A stretch of 64,000 nucleotides of DNA from positions 69,532 through 133,531 of the forward strand of contig CAZJDY010000020.1 in assembly GCA_964544915.1 (NCBI GenBank). Direction: 5' to 3'. Each line of letters starts with the position of its first letter. The first letter of the stretch is position 1. Shown here piece after piece: positions 1 through 9,442 of the stretch. The stretch comes from an uncultured Methanomassiliicoccaceae archaeon (GTDB lineage: Archaea > Thermoplasmatota > Thermoplasmata > Methanomassiliicoccales > JACIVX01). Both the position numbers and the translations under genes were made by a program. Under the pieces are notes generated by a model. That model was not told the origin of the DNA. It worked only from the letters and a program-made list of their open reading frames with translations, and did not search any database.

Positions 1-717
1 AGGATCCCGAGCGCTGATACCGACGTACTGTGCGATGCGTCCAAGGACGCCGACATAATCTCTGTGATCGGATGTACGGAGCTGAGCGACCGCAAGGGCA
101 GCGAGACTCTCTACAACACGATCCTCTTCATCGGTAACAACGGGAAGGTCCTCGGGCGCCACAGGAAGCTCATGCCGACGCACGGTGAGAGGACGGTCTG
201 GGGGATGGGTGATGCCAGCGACGTCAGGGTCTTCGACACCGACATAGGAACGATCGGGGGCCTTGTCTGTTACGAGCATCACATGACGCTTCTAAAGGCG
301 GCCATGGGGAGTCTCGGCGAGGAAATACACTGCGCGGTCTGGCCTGGGTGGTGGGTCATGGACCGTCATCCAGGAGACAAGAAGCGGTACGAGGAAGGGA
401 AGGACTCGCCTCACCTCTGCGACATCGAGCATGCAGTAAGGGAGTATGCGTTCGAGAATCAGACGTTCGTGATTAGCGTCAGCCAGTACATTCCGGACAA
501 GGACATCCCGAAGGAGTGTATGGACTTTAACACGGCGGCGGGCGGGAGCTTCATCGTCAACCCGGCCGGCGTCATTCTAGCGGGACCGGTGTTCGACAAG
601 GAAGCGATACTCTATGCCGAGCTGAACGCAGACGACAGAAGACACACGAAGGCGTACTTCGACGCACTGGGACATTACTCGCGCCGGGACATCTTCAGGT
701 TCGATTTCAAGGACTAG
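1..717 (+). CDS. Nitrilase / carbon-nitrogen hydrolase family protein (5' end outside window)
   Basis: Frame 1 is open from nt 1 into the listed ORF 64..717. GGLVCYEHHM matches the catalytic-Cys context of the nitrilase superfamily. TAG stop at 715-717. Confidence 0.8.
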   Translation, partial: RIPSADTDVLCDASKDADIISVIGCTELSDRKGSETLYNTILFIGNNGKVLGRHRKLMPTHGERTVWGMGDASDVRVFDTDIGTIGGLVCYEHHMTLLKAAMGSLGEEIHCAVWPGWWVMDRHPGDKKRYEEGKDSPHLCDIEHAVREYAFENQTFVISVSQYIPDKDIPKECMDFNTAAGGSFIVNPAGVILAGPVFDKEAILYAELNADDRRHTKAYFDALGHYSRRDIFRFDFKD

Positions 718-1211
718 TGTTGACAGACACCGCACAAGAAGGGGAATCCAAAAGAGAATGCGCCTGATGCCCCAATGTTAGCCTCTGAGACTGGAATCCC
801 ATTACACAGACTTCTATCCCAGGCACTTTCGATCCAATTGAGCGGTGGCGCATGCGGAGATTACAGTGTATTGCCAGCATCGAAGATGCGGCTCGAGAAT
901 CTGCGTTTCTTGCGGTTCTCTCGAACGTATCGCTGACAGTGTGGGTAGGTGCACGGAATGCATTTCCTTTCTGCACAGGAGAGTTCGATCATGAGGTAGC
1001 GGTGTTCGTTGTTGACTTGATCCTTTGCCAGGCTTGTCACCCCTTGGATGTTAACTATTGTTGAGGTTGACAATAGTTCAGGTATTTCAATCTTGCCCGC
1101 CTCCACATGACTGCTCGGGCGGGAAGGAACCGCCGACCTCGCATTGAAAATCCGGCTGGCATCTGGAAGGCTCCCTGCGACATTGGTGCACGAGGTCCTT
1201 GAGAATTGAAG

Positions 1212-1298
1212 TGGGCCCGGTCGGATTCGAACCGACGACCATCTGGTGTCTCAGATGGATTATGAGCCAGACGCTCCACCGGACTAAGCTACGGACCC
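1212..1298 (-). tRNA. tRNA with CAU anticodon (elongator Met or Ile2), with a 13-nt intron at the canonical 37/38 position
   Basis: Hand-folded cloverleaf on the minus strand. Acceptor GGGUCCG/CGGGCCC, D arm GCUU..GAGC, anticodon stem UCUGG/CCAGA with loop CUCAUA[AUCCAUCUGAGAC]A, T arm GUCGG-UUCGAAU-CCGAC, discriminator A, no encoded CCA. G1-C72 argues against an initiator. Confidence 0.8.
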
Positions 1299-1486
1299 AT
1301 GATGCGCAGGTTCAGGTTATCGTCAGGTCCGATATAAAAGTGTTGCTTGGATAGCGTTTCAGGATTAACTGAATCCAGTGGAGTGGATCACATCGATTTG
1401 TCGAAGTAGGCTGCTCGAGAATCGAGATATCGATAAGCGATTATACCTCGAGCATCCTATTTGACAGCCGGGAGGACGAAGGGTCG

Positions 1487-2050
1487 ATGAGTCAGGATAG
1501 AGTCCCGCCGGGGCAGAAGGTGACAACGAGATTCCCAGTCCTTCATGAAGGCACGGTCCCTCCGTTCGACCCCTCCAAATGGGACCTTACAGTCGACGGA
1601 GCGGTGAAGAGGAGATTGAGCTTCACTTGGGAGGAGTTCAAGTCTCTGTCCTCAGTGACCATCATCAGCGATTTCCACTGCGTTACGGGCTGGAGCAGGT
1701 TCGACAACAAATGGGAAGGCGTCAGGTTCTCCACGATCGCCAGCATGTGCGAGCCGGATTCAAAGGCTGTCAGCGTATTCATCAGCGCCGAAGGCGACTA
1801 CACGACCAGCCTGTTCTTGAAGGAGATGCTCGATGACGATGTCCTCTTAGCCTATAGGTTCAACGGAGCCCCTCTCGAGCCCGAGCACGGCGGTCCGTTG
1901 CGTCTGGTCGTCCCGAAGAAGTATGCATACAAGAGCGTCAAGTGGGTCAGGAAGATCACGTTCATGACCGAGCACGAGCTGGGCTACTGGGAGGTCAGGG
2001 GCTACAGCGACAGCGCGGATCCATGGAAAGAGGAGAGATACAGCCGATGA
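1487..2050 (+). CDS. Molybdopterin-dependent oxidoreductase, sulfite-oxidase/YedY(MsrP)-like Mo-binding domain
   Basis: 187 aa. The SDFHCVTGWSRFDNKWEGVRF motif (Mo-ligand Cys context) and LRLVVPKKYAYKSVKWV are typical of the family. Confidence 0.75.
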   Translation: MSQDRVPPGQKVTTRFPVLHEGTVPPFDPSKWDLTVDGAVKRRLSFTWEEFKSLSSVTIISDFHCVTGWSRFDNKWEGVRFSTIASMCEPDSKAVSVFISAEGDYTTSLFLKEMLDDDVLLAYRFNGAPLEPEHGGPLRLVVPKKYAYKSVKWVRKITFMTEHELGYWEVRGYSDSADPWKEERYSR

Positions 2051-2079
2051 TATCGGCAGTCCAGATGTGAGATGATCCA

Positions 2080-2697
2080 ATGGAAGGCGGTAAGAAAGAT
2101 TTGGAGAAGCTGCGTTTGAACGCGGTCAAATACGGCGCTTCGAAGGCGGCGATAATCCCGGCGAGGGACGTCGTCGTGGATCCGAGAGTCCGACTGAAAT
2201 GCATGATCCCAGTCTGTGCTGGATATGGGGTCAACTTGATGTGCCCGCCGAATGTGATGACACCAGGGGAGTTCTCGAGAGTCCTCTCCCGATACGATCA
2301 CGCGATGCTCCTTCAGTCCCCGATCAAAACGGACAGGGAGTTCATGGACCTGGTAAGAACGGACAAACCTCTCTCGGAGGTGAGGATGGAGAAGAAGTAC
2401 TTCGACACGCTCGCCAAGTCCGGTAGGGATCTTGTCGATTTGCTCTGCAAGCTAGAATCCGATGCGCTGAAGCTCGGCTACAGGTTCGCAACCGGTTTAT
2501 CTGGTGGACCCTGCAGGATATGCGACAAGTGCGTCGGGCAGAAGTCCGGCAATCCATGCAGACACCCATTCATGGCGCGACCAGCGATGGAAGCCGTCGG
2601 GATCGACGTCTTTGAGACGGCGAGGAAAGCAGGCATGCCCTTCGAGTTCCCCGCCGACAAGAATCCGACTTGGACAGCGCTCCTCCTCGTCGACTGA
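2080..2697 (+). CDS. Predicted metal-binding protein (DUF2284-like, Cys-rich)
   Basis: 205 aa. Cys clusters KCMIPVCAGYGVNLMCPP and GGPCRICDKC..NPCRHP recall DUF2284. Identified by eye only. Confidence 0.5.
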   Translation: MEGGKKDLEKLRLNAVKYGASKAAIIPARDVVVDPRVRLKCMIPVCAGYGVNLMCPPNVMTPGEFSRVLSRYDHAMLLQSPIKTDREFMDLVRTDKPLSEVRMEKKYFDTLAKSGRDLVDLLCKLESDALKLGYRFATGLSGGPCRICDKCVGQKSGNPCRHPFMARPAMEAVGIDVFETARKAGMPFEFPADKNPTWTALLLVD

Positions 2698-2802
2698 TAG
2701 GGTCAATCTCGGAGTAGGGCTAATCGGGCCAATCACAGATCTCGACAAACATATCGACATCATCCTTCGGCATCGGAGGCCAATCGAAGGGTTGCGAAAA
2801 GG

Positions 2803-2896
2803 CGCCGTCGAGCGGGATCGAACCGCTGACCTTGTGGTTTCAATTCCCTATCGAGGGACTAACAGCCACACGCTCTACCGACTGAGCTACGACGGC
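2803..2896 (-). tRNA. tRNA-Asn (GUU) with a 21-nt intron at position 37/38
   Basis: Hand-folded. Acceptor GCCGUCG/CGACGGC, D arm GCUC-AGUCGGUA-GAGC, anticodon stem UGUGG/CCACA with loop CUGUUA[GUCCCUCGAUAGGGAAUUGAA]A, variable AGGUC, T arm AGCGG-UUCGAUC-CCGCU, discriminator G. The listed ORF 2504..2902 (+) overlaps it and is spurious. Confidence 0.8.
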
Positions 2897-2961
2897 CTAT
2901 AAGTGGGTTCTGCGTGTAAAACATCCGTCCTCTATTAATCCTTTGTGCTATTCTATGCCAA

Positions 2962-3270
2962 TCAGCTCAAAGAGTCCCTCAGTTCCTTGACCGTCCTGCT
3001 CATGGAGTCCAGGGTCTCCTTCAAATGGTCGAGGAACGGCTGGAGCTTGTCGGTGGTGATCGCCCCTTCGGGGGATGGCTGTATGAGCCCCTCTTGCTCG
3101 AGAATTCTCAGAGAATAGCGGACCTTATGTTGAGGTACGTTAAGAAGTTCCGAAAGCCTGATTATGCCGATAGGTTCGTGGTTCATGATGGCCTTGAGCA
3201 TGGTGACGTGTCTCTGGAGAAGGTCTATCTCGCTCTCTATCTTGCTTGTAAGAACGCTCCTGCCTTTCAT
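2962..3270 (-). CDS. Small winged-helix transcriptional regulator
   Basis: 102 aa. HEPIGIIRLSELLNVPQHKVRYSLRILEQEGLI has an HTH-plus-wing pattern. Confidence 0.6.
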   Translation of the reverse strand: MKGRSVLTSKIESEIDLLQRHVTMLKAIMNHEPIGIIRLSELLNVPQHKVRYSLRILEQEGLIQPSPEGAITTDKLQPFLDHLKETLDSMSRTVKELRDSLS

Positions 3271-3399
3271 ATTCTCCCCCTCTTGATACGTGATAGCACT
3301 TGGAATATATCTTGATATCCATCCACGTCGTTGAAAAAGACGAATGGCACGATAATCTAGGGACAGCAGTTAAATAAGGAACCCCTCATTGAAAGACCG

Positions 3400-4128
3400 A
3401 TGCAGGCCATTGTGGTCGACAGCCTCACGAAGGACTACGACGGCGTGAGGGCGTTGGATTCGATATCATTCCAGGTCGATGAAGGAACGTTCCTCGGCTG
3501 CTTCGGGCCGAACGGGGCAGGGAAATCTACTCTTCTTCGCATTCTCACCGGACAGATATCGCCGACCTCTGGAAGAGCGGAGGTGCTCGGCCGTGATTGC
3601 AGGACCCAAGGGCCGGAGATCAAGAAGTTGATCGGCATCATGCCCGAGGTGGAGAGCCCTCCGAGCTATTTGACCGCATCCGAATTCCTGTACTTCGTCG
3701 GCAAGGTCAGGAAGGTCGACGACCTCGATTTGAGGATCAAGCGCTGGATCGATTACTTTGACCTCGAGGAGGTCAAGGGCAGCTTGTGCAAGGACCTCTC
3801 AAAAGGCACGAGGCAGAAGGTGATGCTCGCCGCCTCGTTCATCCACGATCCCAAACTCCTTTTCCTGGACGAACCGTTTATCAACCTCGACCCCTTGTAC
3901 CAGAGGAATTTGCGGGAGTATCTCTCGGAACTGAGGGAAGAGGGTCGGACGATCTTCATGTGCTCCCACATACTGGAGATGGCACAGCGCCTTTGCGAGG
4001 AGGTCATCATACTCAACAAAGGAAAGCTTGTCGCAAGGGAGCGGATCGAGGACATGAAGGCGAGGGGAGAGGACCTCGAGACGGTTTTCATGCGTTTGGT
4101 CGGGAGAACCGATGCCGCTGCTCCTTAG
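3400..4128 (+). CDS. ABC transporter ATP-binding protein
   Basis: Walker A GPNGAGKST, signature LSKGTRQK, Walker B LLFLDEP, H-loop CSHIL. Confidence 0.9.
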   Translation: MQAIVVDSLTKDYDGVRALDSISFQVDEGTFLGCFGPNGAGKSTLLRILTGQISPTSGRAEVLGRDCRTQGPEIKKLIGIMPEVESPPSYLTASEFLYFVGKVRKVDDLDLRIKRWIDYFDLEEVKGSLCKDLSKGTRQKVMLAASFIHDPKLLFLDEPFINLDPLYQRNLREYLSELREEGRTIFMCSHILEMAQRLCEEVIILNKGKLVARERIEDMKARGEDLETVFMRLVGRTDAAAP

Positions 4129-5572
4129 CATGATGCTGAAGGAAGAGTATAGGATGCACGTCACCTACTCTTCACGGACGATTTTCCTGGCGCTTCCGAT
4201 GTTCATAACCTTCGTCGCCTTTGGCATGGGCGTCTCGCTTCATCAGCTGGAGAGGAACATCAGCATCCAGGAGCTCCTCACACTCACCCACGTCGGCGTC
4301 TTCCTCTATGGATTGAGCGTCGGAGCGTTCGGGTTCCTCGGGAAGACGTACATCGAGAGGCGGTACGGCAAGAACAACTATATCATCAACATGCCCGCGC
4401 TCCTGCCTCTATCCTTCAAAAGAACGTTCTTCGGGATGTATCTGAGGGATGTGGTCTTCTACGTCGGCCTCATTCTTCTTCCGGCGCTTCTGGGGCTGCT
4501 CCTCGCTGCCCCAATAGCTCATTTCTCGGTCCTGTCGATTGGCGGCGTCTTCCTCGCCATGCTGCTCTCGTTCTTGATCGGCGTCTCGTTCAGCTTCGCG
4601 GTTTCTGTCATTTATACACGGAGCGTGAAGGTCTTCGTCGCGGTCGTCCTGGCGTTCATTGCGTTGGTGATAGGTTACGGGGTTTTCGACCTCTACAGCA
4701 TGGAGACCCTGCTCCCGGCGCTCGCGCTCCAGTTCAGCATTCCACCGCTCGCGACGGCATGGGGTAGCGCTCTTCTATACCTCGGGATCTGCATCGCCGC
4801 CGTCGCGTCGTTCACTACAGTCGCGACGTCCCTCGTCAGAGAATCTTTGAATGAAGGGAAGTCGCAATACGACGAAAAGTACCCAGGTTACTATGATAGA
4901 TTCGCTTTCGCTCGTTCGTATCAGGGGCTCCTAGCGAAGGAGTTCGTCGATCTGGTGAGGAGCGGCACGATCAGCAAGATGGTGTTCTCATTCATCGCGC
5001 CCCTTGTGTTCCTAAGCTTCAGCACATGGTATGTGAACTACGGCCTCGCGATACCGATCGGGTTCAACACGGTCTTCTATGCCGCCATGGTCGGCTTCTT
5101 TGGCGTTCTCCTTTACAGTTGGTTGACGAACGTCGATCTCATGGATTATTTCGAGACGCTTCCAGTGACGGTCCCGAAGTTGATCAAGACGAAGCTGGTG
5201 ACCTTCCTATTCCTTGCTCTCGGCATCTCGACCGCGTTCGTCCTTATCATTGCATGGATTAATGATGAGGTGCAGCTTCTCTGGCTCGCTCTGCCGGTGC
5301 TGTACATAACTTCCACATACATGGTCGTCGCGACGGCGTACCTCACGGGGCTGAATCCAAACTCCTTCTTGTTCAACCCCGAGATCCTCGTCAAGTTCGC
5401 CATCGTCTCCATCCTGCCCGATCTGTGCCTCACGATACTGTCATTTAGCGTCGGATCGAGAGACATCTCGGCGATTCTCGGCATAGCGCTCGTGCTCGGC
5501 GTCCTGTCAGTGTGCACATGGCTCTTCTACAGGGGCATCGAGGAGAAGTGGTCGAGGACAGGCTTCCCGTAG
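4112..5572 (+). CDS. ABC-transporter-associated polytopic membrane protein (putative permease)
   Basis: 486 aa with many hydrophobic segments. Its start overlaps the end of the upstream ATPase gene by 17 nt. Confidence 0.65.
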   Translation: MPLLLSMMLKEEYRMHVTYSSRTIFLALPMFITFVAFGMGVSLHQLERNISIQELLTLTHVGVFLYGLSVGAFGFLGKTYIERRYGKNNYIINMPALLPLSFKRTFFGMYLRDVVFYVGLILLPALLGLLLAAPIAHFSVLSIGGVFLAMLLSFLIGVSFSFAVSVIYTRSVKVFVAVVLAFIALVIGYGVFDLYSMETLLPALALQFSIPPLATAWGSALLYLGICIAAVASFTTVATSLVRESLNEGKSQYDEKYPGYYDRFAFARSYQGLLAKEFVDLVRSGTISKMVFSFIAPLVFLSFSTWYVNYGLAIPIGFNTVFYAAMVGFFGVLLYSWLTNVDLMDYFETLPVTVPKLIKTKLVTFLFLALGISTAFVLIIAWINDEVQLLWLALPVLYITSTYMVVATAYLTGLNPNSFLFNPEILVKFAIVSILPDLCLTILSFSVGSRDISAILGIALVLGVLSVCTWLFYRGIEEKWSRTGFP

Positions 5573-5611
5573 AGTATTCTCGACTGTTTTTTGTAGGCGT
5601 GCGCGCATAGA

Positions 5612-6184
5612 ATGTCCATGGACACGGGGCAGGTTCTCAGGAGGATCGTCCATATATCCACCCCTGTTTTCCTCATCTACTACTTCCTGCCCGACCCGCT
5701 CTGGACAGGAGGACCGCCACGCGTCCTCGGGCTTCTCATGTTCTTGGCGATAGTCCTCGTGGCCGAGGCTCTCAGACTCCTCTACTGGCCGAATCTTATC
5801 GGGATGCGCGAGTATGAGAAGACGCAGATGTCCGCCGGAGCGTGGGCCGCCCTCGGTATGACGTTCGCATTTCTCTTCTTCCCCTTTGGATACTCGGCCC
5901 CCGCCTTGATGGGCATGGGTTGGGTGGACCCTGTCATCGGGGATCTCAGAAGGAAGCGCAGCCCGCAGTATCCCTCCGTGCCCATCCTACTATACTTCCT
6001 GATAGCTCTCGTCTCCATGGCGGTGATAATCGGACCGACCGTCGAGGTGGTGGCTGCTAGCCTGGTGGCGGCGCCGCTGGCCGTTTGGGCGGAGAGGCTC
6101 AAATCGAGCTACGTGGACGACGATTTCCTTATGATAGTAGTACCGCTGATCGCGATCGCTGGCGTGACCGCAGTGCTGTCGTGA
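5612..6184 (+). CDS. Integral membrane protein, weakly polyprenol/dolichol-kinase-like
   Basis: 190 aa with about 6 hydrophobic segments. GWVDPVIGDLRRKRS loosely resembles the (S/G)WGDxxAxxxG motif of CTP-dependent polyprenol kinases. The functional call is weak. Confidence 0.45.
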   Translation: MSMDTGQVLRRIVHISTPVFLIYYFLPDPLWTGGPPRVLGLLMFLAIVLVAEALRLLYWPNLIGMREYEKTQMSAGAWAALGMTFAFLFFPFGYSAPALMGMGWVDPVIGDLRRKRSPQYPSVPILLYFLIALVSMAVIIGPTVEVVAASLVAAPLAVWAERLKSSYVDDDFLMIVVPLIAIAGVTAVLS

Positions 6185-6187
6185 GCA

Positions 6188-6328
6188 CTAGCGTCCGAAG
6201 AACGATTTTCTTGGGTACCGCCTCACGCCCTGCTCGAATGCCTGAATCGGTCCCTTGTGGCAGTTGCGCGCCGCCTCCTCCGTGTCGTGGATCTTGTCGC
6301 AGACTAGGCATTGGTACTTCTTCTTCAT
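6188..6328 (-). CDS. Small CxxC..CH zinc-finger-like protein (46 aa), below the ORF-track length cutoff
   Basis: My own translation of the minus strand gives MKKKYQCLVCDKIHDTEEAARNCHKGPIQAFEQGVRRYPRKSFFGR, ending in TAG at 6190..6188. TTATAAA lies 25 nt upstream of the ATG, a leaderless-type arrangement. Confidence 0.4.
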   Translation of the reverse strand: MKKKYQCLVCDKIHDTEEAARNCHKGPIQAFEQGVRRYPRKSFFGR

Positions 6329-6352
6329 CTAGAAGGGAAAAGCGAAAGGGGG

Positions 6353-6359
6353 TTTATAA
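6353..6359 (-). promoter_or_regulatory. TATA-like box for the 46-aa zinc-finger ORF
   Basis: Minus-strand TTATAAA, 25 nt upstream of ATG 6328. Confidence 0.35.
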
Positions 6360-6422
6360 CCCATTTGCAGGTGAGGAACCGGCGATTAGTATTTCTGGCG
6401 CCGGTCCCGGTCGATGTTACGC

Positions 6423-6430
6423 TTTTATAC
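6423..6430 (+). promoter_or_regulatory. TATA-like box for the gene starting at 6457 (leaderless spacing)
   Basis: TTTTATAC, 27 nt upstream of ATG 6457. Confidence 0.4.
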
Positions 6431-6456
6431 CGTTTCAAACCAATTAGGTATGATAT

Positions 6457-6966
6457 ATGACCAGAATTAAGGTCATCAACGAACCTTCTGAACTAGTTCC
6501 GATGCTGAGGGCGGTTGATACCAAAGTGAAACGGGAAGTACTGAAAGAGGTGACCCTCGAGTGGCGTACTTCGAAGGAGATCGAGGAGAAGTACGGGCAC
6601 GAGGGCAAGGAGGCGCTGAAGTTCTTCGAGAAGATGAAGCTCGTCGAGACGAAGTGGCAGTCGACGAGCGGATCCCAGAGCGGATCCCATCCGGAGAAGG
6701 CATATCACACTTACTACACTTCGTTCCACATCAATGCGTCGTGGCCGGTGTACGAGATAAGCGATGTGCTGGCGGCGGCCATGATGCCCGAGGACGAGTT
6801 CAAGGAGATCGAGGCGAAGGTCCTGGATCAGGTAGGGCCAGAGGGTCGCTTCGCCGGCGACGTCGCTGAGAATCTGGGAATCACCTCGACGATGCTCAGG
6901 AGCCTCGTGAAGCGCTCCGTGAAGCTCGATTATCGCGGTCACAGGATCGAGCTCATGAAGGATTGA
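6457..6966 (+). CDS. Conserved archaeal wHTH-like protein (putative ArsR-like regulator)
   Basis: 169 aa. N-terminal KREVLKEVTLEWRTSKEIEEKYGHEGKEALKFFEKMKLVE has a winged-helix pattern. Function unknown. Confidence 0.5.
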   Translation: MTRIKVINEPSELVPMLRAVDTKVKREVLKEVTLEWRTSKEIEEKYGHEGKEALKFFEKMKLVETKWQSTSGSQSGSHPEKAYHTYYTSFHINASWPVYEISDVLAAAMMPEDEFKEIEAKVLDQVGPEGRFAGDVAENLGITSTMLRSLVKRSVKLDYRGHRIELMKD

Positions 6967-6987
6967 TCTACACCGGGAGTATTGTCA

Positions 6988-7503
6988 ATGGTAGAGGTCT
7001 GGGTTCTGAGACTAGGCCATCGTCCAGCCAGGGACAAGAGGGTAACGACCCACGTCGCCCTCGCGGCCCGCGCGCTGGGCGCCAAGGGGATTGTCATATC
7101 CACAAAGGACCCCGAGCTCGAGAAGGTGGTCCGGAGCGTCGTTGAACGGTTCGGCGGTGACTTCGAGATACTGACGGGAGTCAGGTGGAGGGAATTCGTC
7201 AAGCAGTTCGACGGGGACGTCGTTCACTTGACGATGTACGGCCTGCACATCGACGACGCTCTTGAGCGGATATCATCCGAGAAGGTCCTGGTCGTGGTCG
7301 GCGCGGAGAAGGTCCCGCCCGAGGTCTATCAGATGGCGACGTACAACGTCGCCGTCGGCAACCAGCCGCACTCGGAGGTCGCGGCGCTCGCCGTCTTCCT
7401 GGACCGGTTCCTGAGGGGCGAAGGTATCAGAAAGGAATTCAAGGGTCGATTGCGTATCTTGCCGTGCGAGAGGGGGAAGAAGGTTGTCAGCGATTCCGAC
7501 TGA
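6988..7503 (+). CDS. trm56: tRNA (cytidine56-2'-O)-methyltransferase aTrm56 (SPOUT)
   Basis: [47 protein letters not shown] and [20 protein letters not shown] closely match archaeal Trm56. The ATG at 6988 gives the usual N-terminus; the track starts at TTG 6982. Confidence 0.85.
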   Translation: MVEVWVLRLGHRPARDKRVTTHVALAARALGAKGIVISTKDPELEKVVRSVVERFGGDFEILTGVRWREFVKQFDGDVVHLTMYGLHIDDALERISSEKVLVVVGAEKVPPEVYQMATYNVAVGNQPHSEVAALAVFLDRFLRGEGIRKEFKGRLRILPCERGKKVVSDSD

Positions 7504-8065
7504 GGATGAATGCATCCAGATATTGAAGGATGAGGGATGCGGTCGCAGCATCATCAAGCACTGTTGCATGGTTCTTCTCGTTTCCGTGAGGATAGCGGAG
7601 CGCTGCAACGCAAGCATGAGCCTCGTGAAGGCCGGGGCGCTCCTCCACGATGTAGGCCGGTCGAGGACGCAGGGGATCTTCCACTCCGTCGCGGGGGCCG
7701 ACATCGCGAAATCCCGAGGATTGCCAGAGGAGCTAGTGCGGGTCATCCGGAGACATCTAGGGGCGGGACTGACCTGGGAAGAGGCTAAAGCGCTGGGTCT
7801 CCCCCGGGCGAACTACGTGCCGGAGACGCTCGAGGAGAAGATCGTCACCCATGCTGACAATCTCATCGGGGACACTGAGGTGCGCACGCTCGAGGAATCC
7901 ACGAGGGACTTCGAGGGACGCGGGCTGGGCGTGGCGGCCGAGAGGATGAGAGCGATGCATGCGGAGCTGTCCCGGGCATGCGGAGTCGACATCGACGAAA
8001 TTGTCAAGGAGCTGAGGTTGAAGATAAAAGTCAAGGGACCTTGTAGCGCGTATATTTCCCGCTGA
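7484..8065 (+). CDS. HD-domain metal-dependent phosphohydrolase
   Basis: LLHDVGR and HADNLI motifs. Overlaps the trm56 end by 20 nt. Confidence 0.75.
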   Translation: MSAIPTEDECIQILKDEGCGRSIIKHCCMVLLVSVRIAERCNASMSLVKAGALLHDVGRSRTQGIFHSVAGADIAKSRGLPEELVRVIRRHLGAGLTWEEAKALGLPRANYVPETLEEKIVTHADNLIGDTEVRTLEESTRDFEGRGLGVAAERMRAMHAELSRACGVDIDEIVKELRLKIKVKGPCSAYISR

Positions 8066-8540
8066 GGTAGGCGTCCCTGAGCTTGTGATATTCGGCGGCG
8101 TTCTCGAACGCCTTCTCCTTTATCGTCGGGTCGTCCTGCTTTATGATTTTCCCCGGTAGACCGACGACGATCGACCTCGGCAGTATCTTCGTTCCTCCGG
8201 TGATGAGCGCCCCTCCGCCGATGATGCACTCCTCTCCGATCACCGCCCCGTTCATCAGGGTCGAGTGCATGCCGATAATACAGTTGTCACCGATCGCGAC
8301 CCCGTGGATCACCGCTCCGTGCCCTATGGAGACGTTCTTTCCGATTACGTTCGGGAAGTCCGCGTTGCTGTGCACGGCCACGTGGTCCTGGATGTTCGAC
8401 CCTTCACCGATGACGATCCGGCTCAGGTCGCCCCTCAAGACCGCGAAGGGCCACACGCTGACTCCGGTTTCTATAGTGACATCTCCGATGATCACGGCGG
8501 TCGGGTCGATGTAAACCTTGTCTTTTGAAACGTGGGACAT
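8031..8540 (-). CDS. Gamma-carbonic-anhydrase-like / hexapeptide-repeat (LbH) protein
   Basis: 169 aa with regular hexapeptide repeats (IGDVTIETGVSVWPFAVLRGD..., IGHGAVIHG...). Confidence 0.8.
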   Translation of the reverse strand: MSHVSKDKVYIDPTAVIIGDVTIETGVSVWPFAVLRGDLSRIVIGEGSNIQDHVAVHSNADFPNVIGKNVSIGHGAVIHGVAIGDNCIIGMHSTLMNGAVIGEECIIGGGALITGGTKILPRSIVVGLPGKIIKQDDPTIKEKAFENAAEYHKLRDAYLSGKYTRYKVP

Positions 8541-8583
8541 ATTGAGCCGTAGGAGGAAACCAAAACAAAAAGATTGTTCTCGC

Positions 8584-8865
8584 TTAGATCTTCGCCGCCG
8601 CGACGGGTCTCTTCGCAGTGACCCTCTTGGGGAAGTACTTCAGCAGGATGATGTCCCCGACCGCCTGAATCCAGCGATAGGGAATATTCACTGCCTTCGA
8701 GTCCTCCACGAGCAACGGATTCGTCTCGCTGACGAATATACCATCTACCGATTTGTGTTCAAGGTCGATAACGAGATTGTTCACGTTGCCGAGGAATATC
8801 CCGTTAGGCGTATAGACCTGCAACCCGATGAGCTCAGAAGCTTCCTCCAACATTGGCCATCCCAC
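8584..8865 (-). CDS. PRC-barrel domain protein
   Basis: 93 aa. LIGLQVYTPNGIFLGNVNNLVIDLEHKSVDGIFV has a PRC-barrel pattern. Start uncertain. Confidence 0.6.
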   Translation of the reverse strand: MGWPMLEEASELIGLQVYTPNGIFLGNVNNLVIDLEHKSVDGIFVSETNPLLVEDSKAVNIPYRWIQAVGDIILLKYFPKRVTAKRPVAAAKI

Positions 8866-9004
8866 GTGGATATTGTGGTGGCCACTTAAAAACCCTTCGG
8901 AGTCTCTCGGTCGATGGAAGGAGTATGAGCAGGGAGGTGTTTGGGTCCTTGCCGCCCAATTTGTGCGGGGAAAAGATATTTAGGAGGGTATCTGTAATAC
9001 GGTT

Positions 9005-9442
9005 ATGTCTCAATTGTGCACAACCGATATGGAGGTTGCGAGAATGGATGAACTGGAAGAGATCAGACAGAAGAAGTTGCAGCAGATGATGACCGATTCA
9101 GGAAAGGCCGGGGCGGAGTGGCCGTCTCGCCCGGTAGAGATCACGGATTCGGGGTTCGATGGTTTCGTAAAGGGGTACAAGATCGCCGTCGTCGACTGCT
9201 GGGCTCCGTGGTGCGGACCCTGCAGGATAATCGCCCCGGTGGTCGAGTCGCTTTCAAAGGAGCTTCGGGGAAAGGTCGCGTTCGGGAAGCTCAACACAGA
9301 CGATAACCAGCCTACGGCGATGCGCCACAATATCGCTGCAATACCGACCCTTCTCATATTCAAAGAAGGCAAACTTATCGATAGGATCGTCGGCGCCTTC
9401 CCGAAGGAACAGATACTCAGGAAGCTGCAGAGGTATCTGTGA
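9005..9442 (+). CDS. trxA: Thioredoxin
   Basis: Active site WAPWCGPC and a thioredoxin-fold C-terminal half. The start could be the internal ATG at 9044. Confidence 0.85.
   Translation: MSQLCTTDMEVARMDELEEIRQKKLQQMMTDSGKAGAEWPSRPVEITDSGFDGFVKGYKIAVVDCWAPWCGPCRIIAPVVESLSKELRGKVAFGKLNTDDNQPTAMRHNIAAIPTLLIFKEGKLIDRIVGAFPKEQILRKLQRYL

Noticed and set aside
1096-1145. A possible additional tRNA or split-tRNA half on the minus strand (AGGUC-GGCGG-UUCCUUC-CCGCC-CGAGCAG).
   Set aside because: The T-loop lacks the conserved purine-57 and A58 (UUCCUUC). No anticodon stem can be formed upstream, and no complementary 5' acceptor strand is present. I kept it only as a possible relic within the non-coding-region finding.
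2504-2902. A 132-aa plus-strand ORF.
   Set aside because: It overlaps the 3' end of the DUF2284-like gene in another frame and runs across the tRNA-Asn gene. It has no protein-like features.
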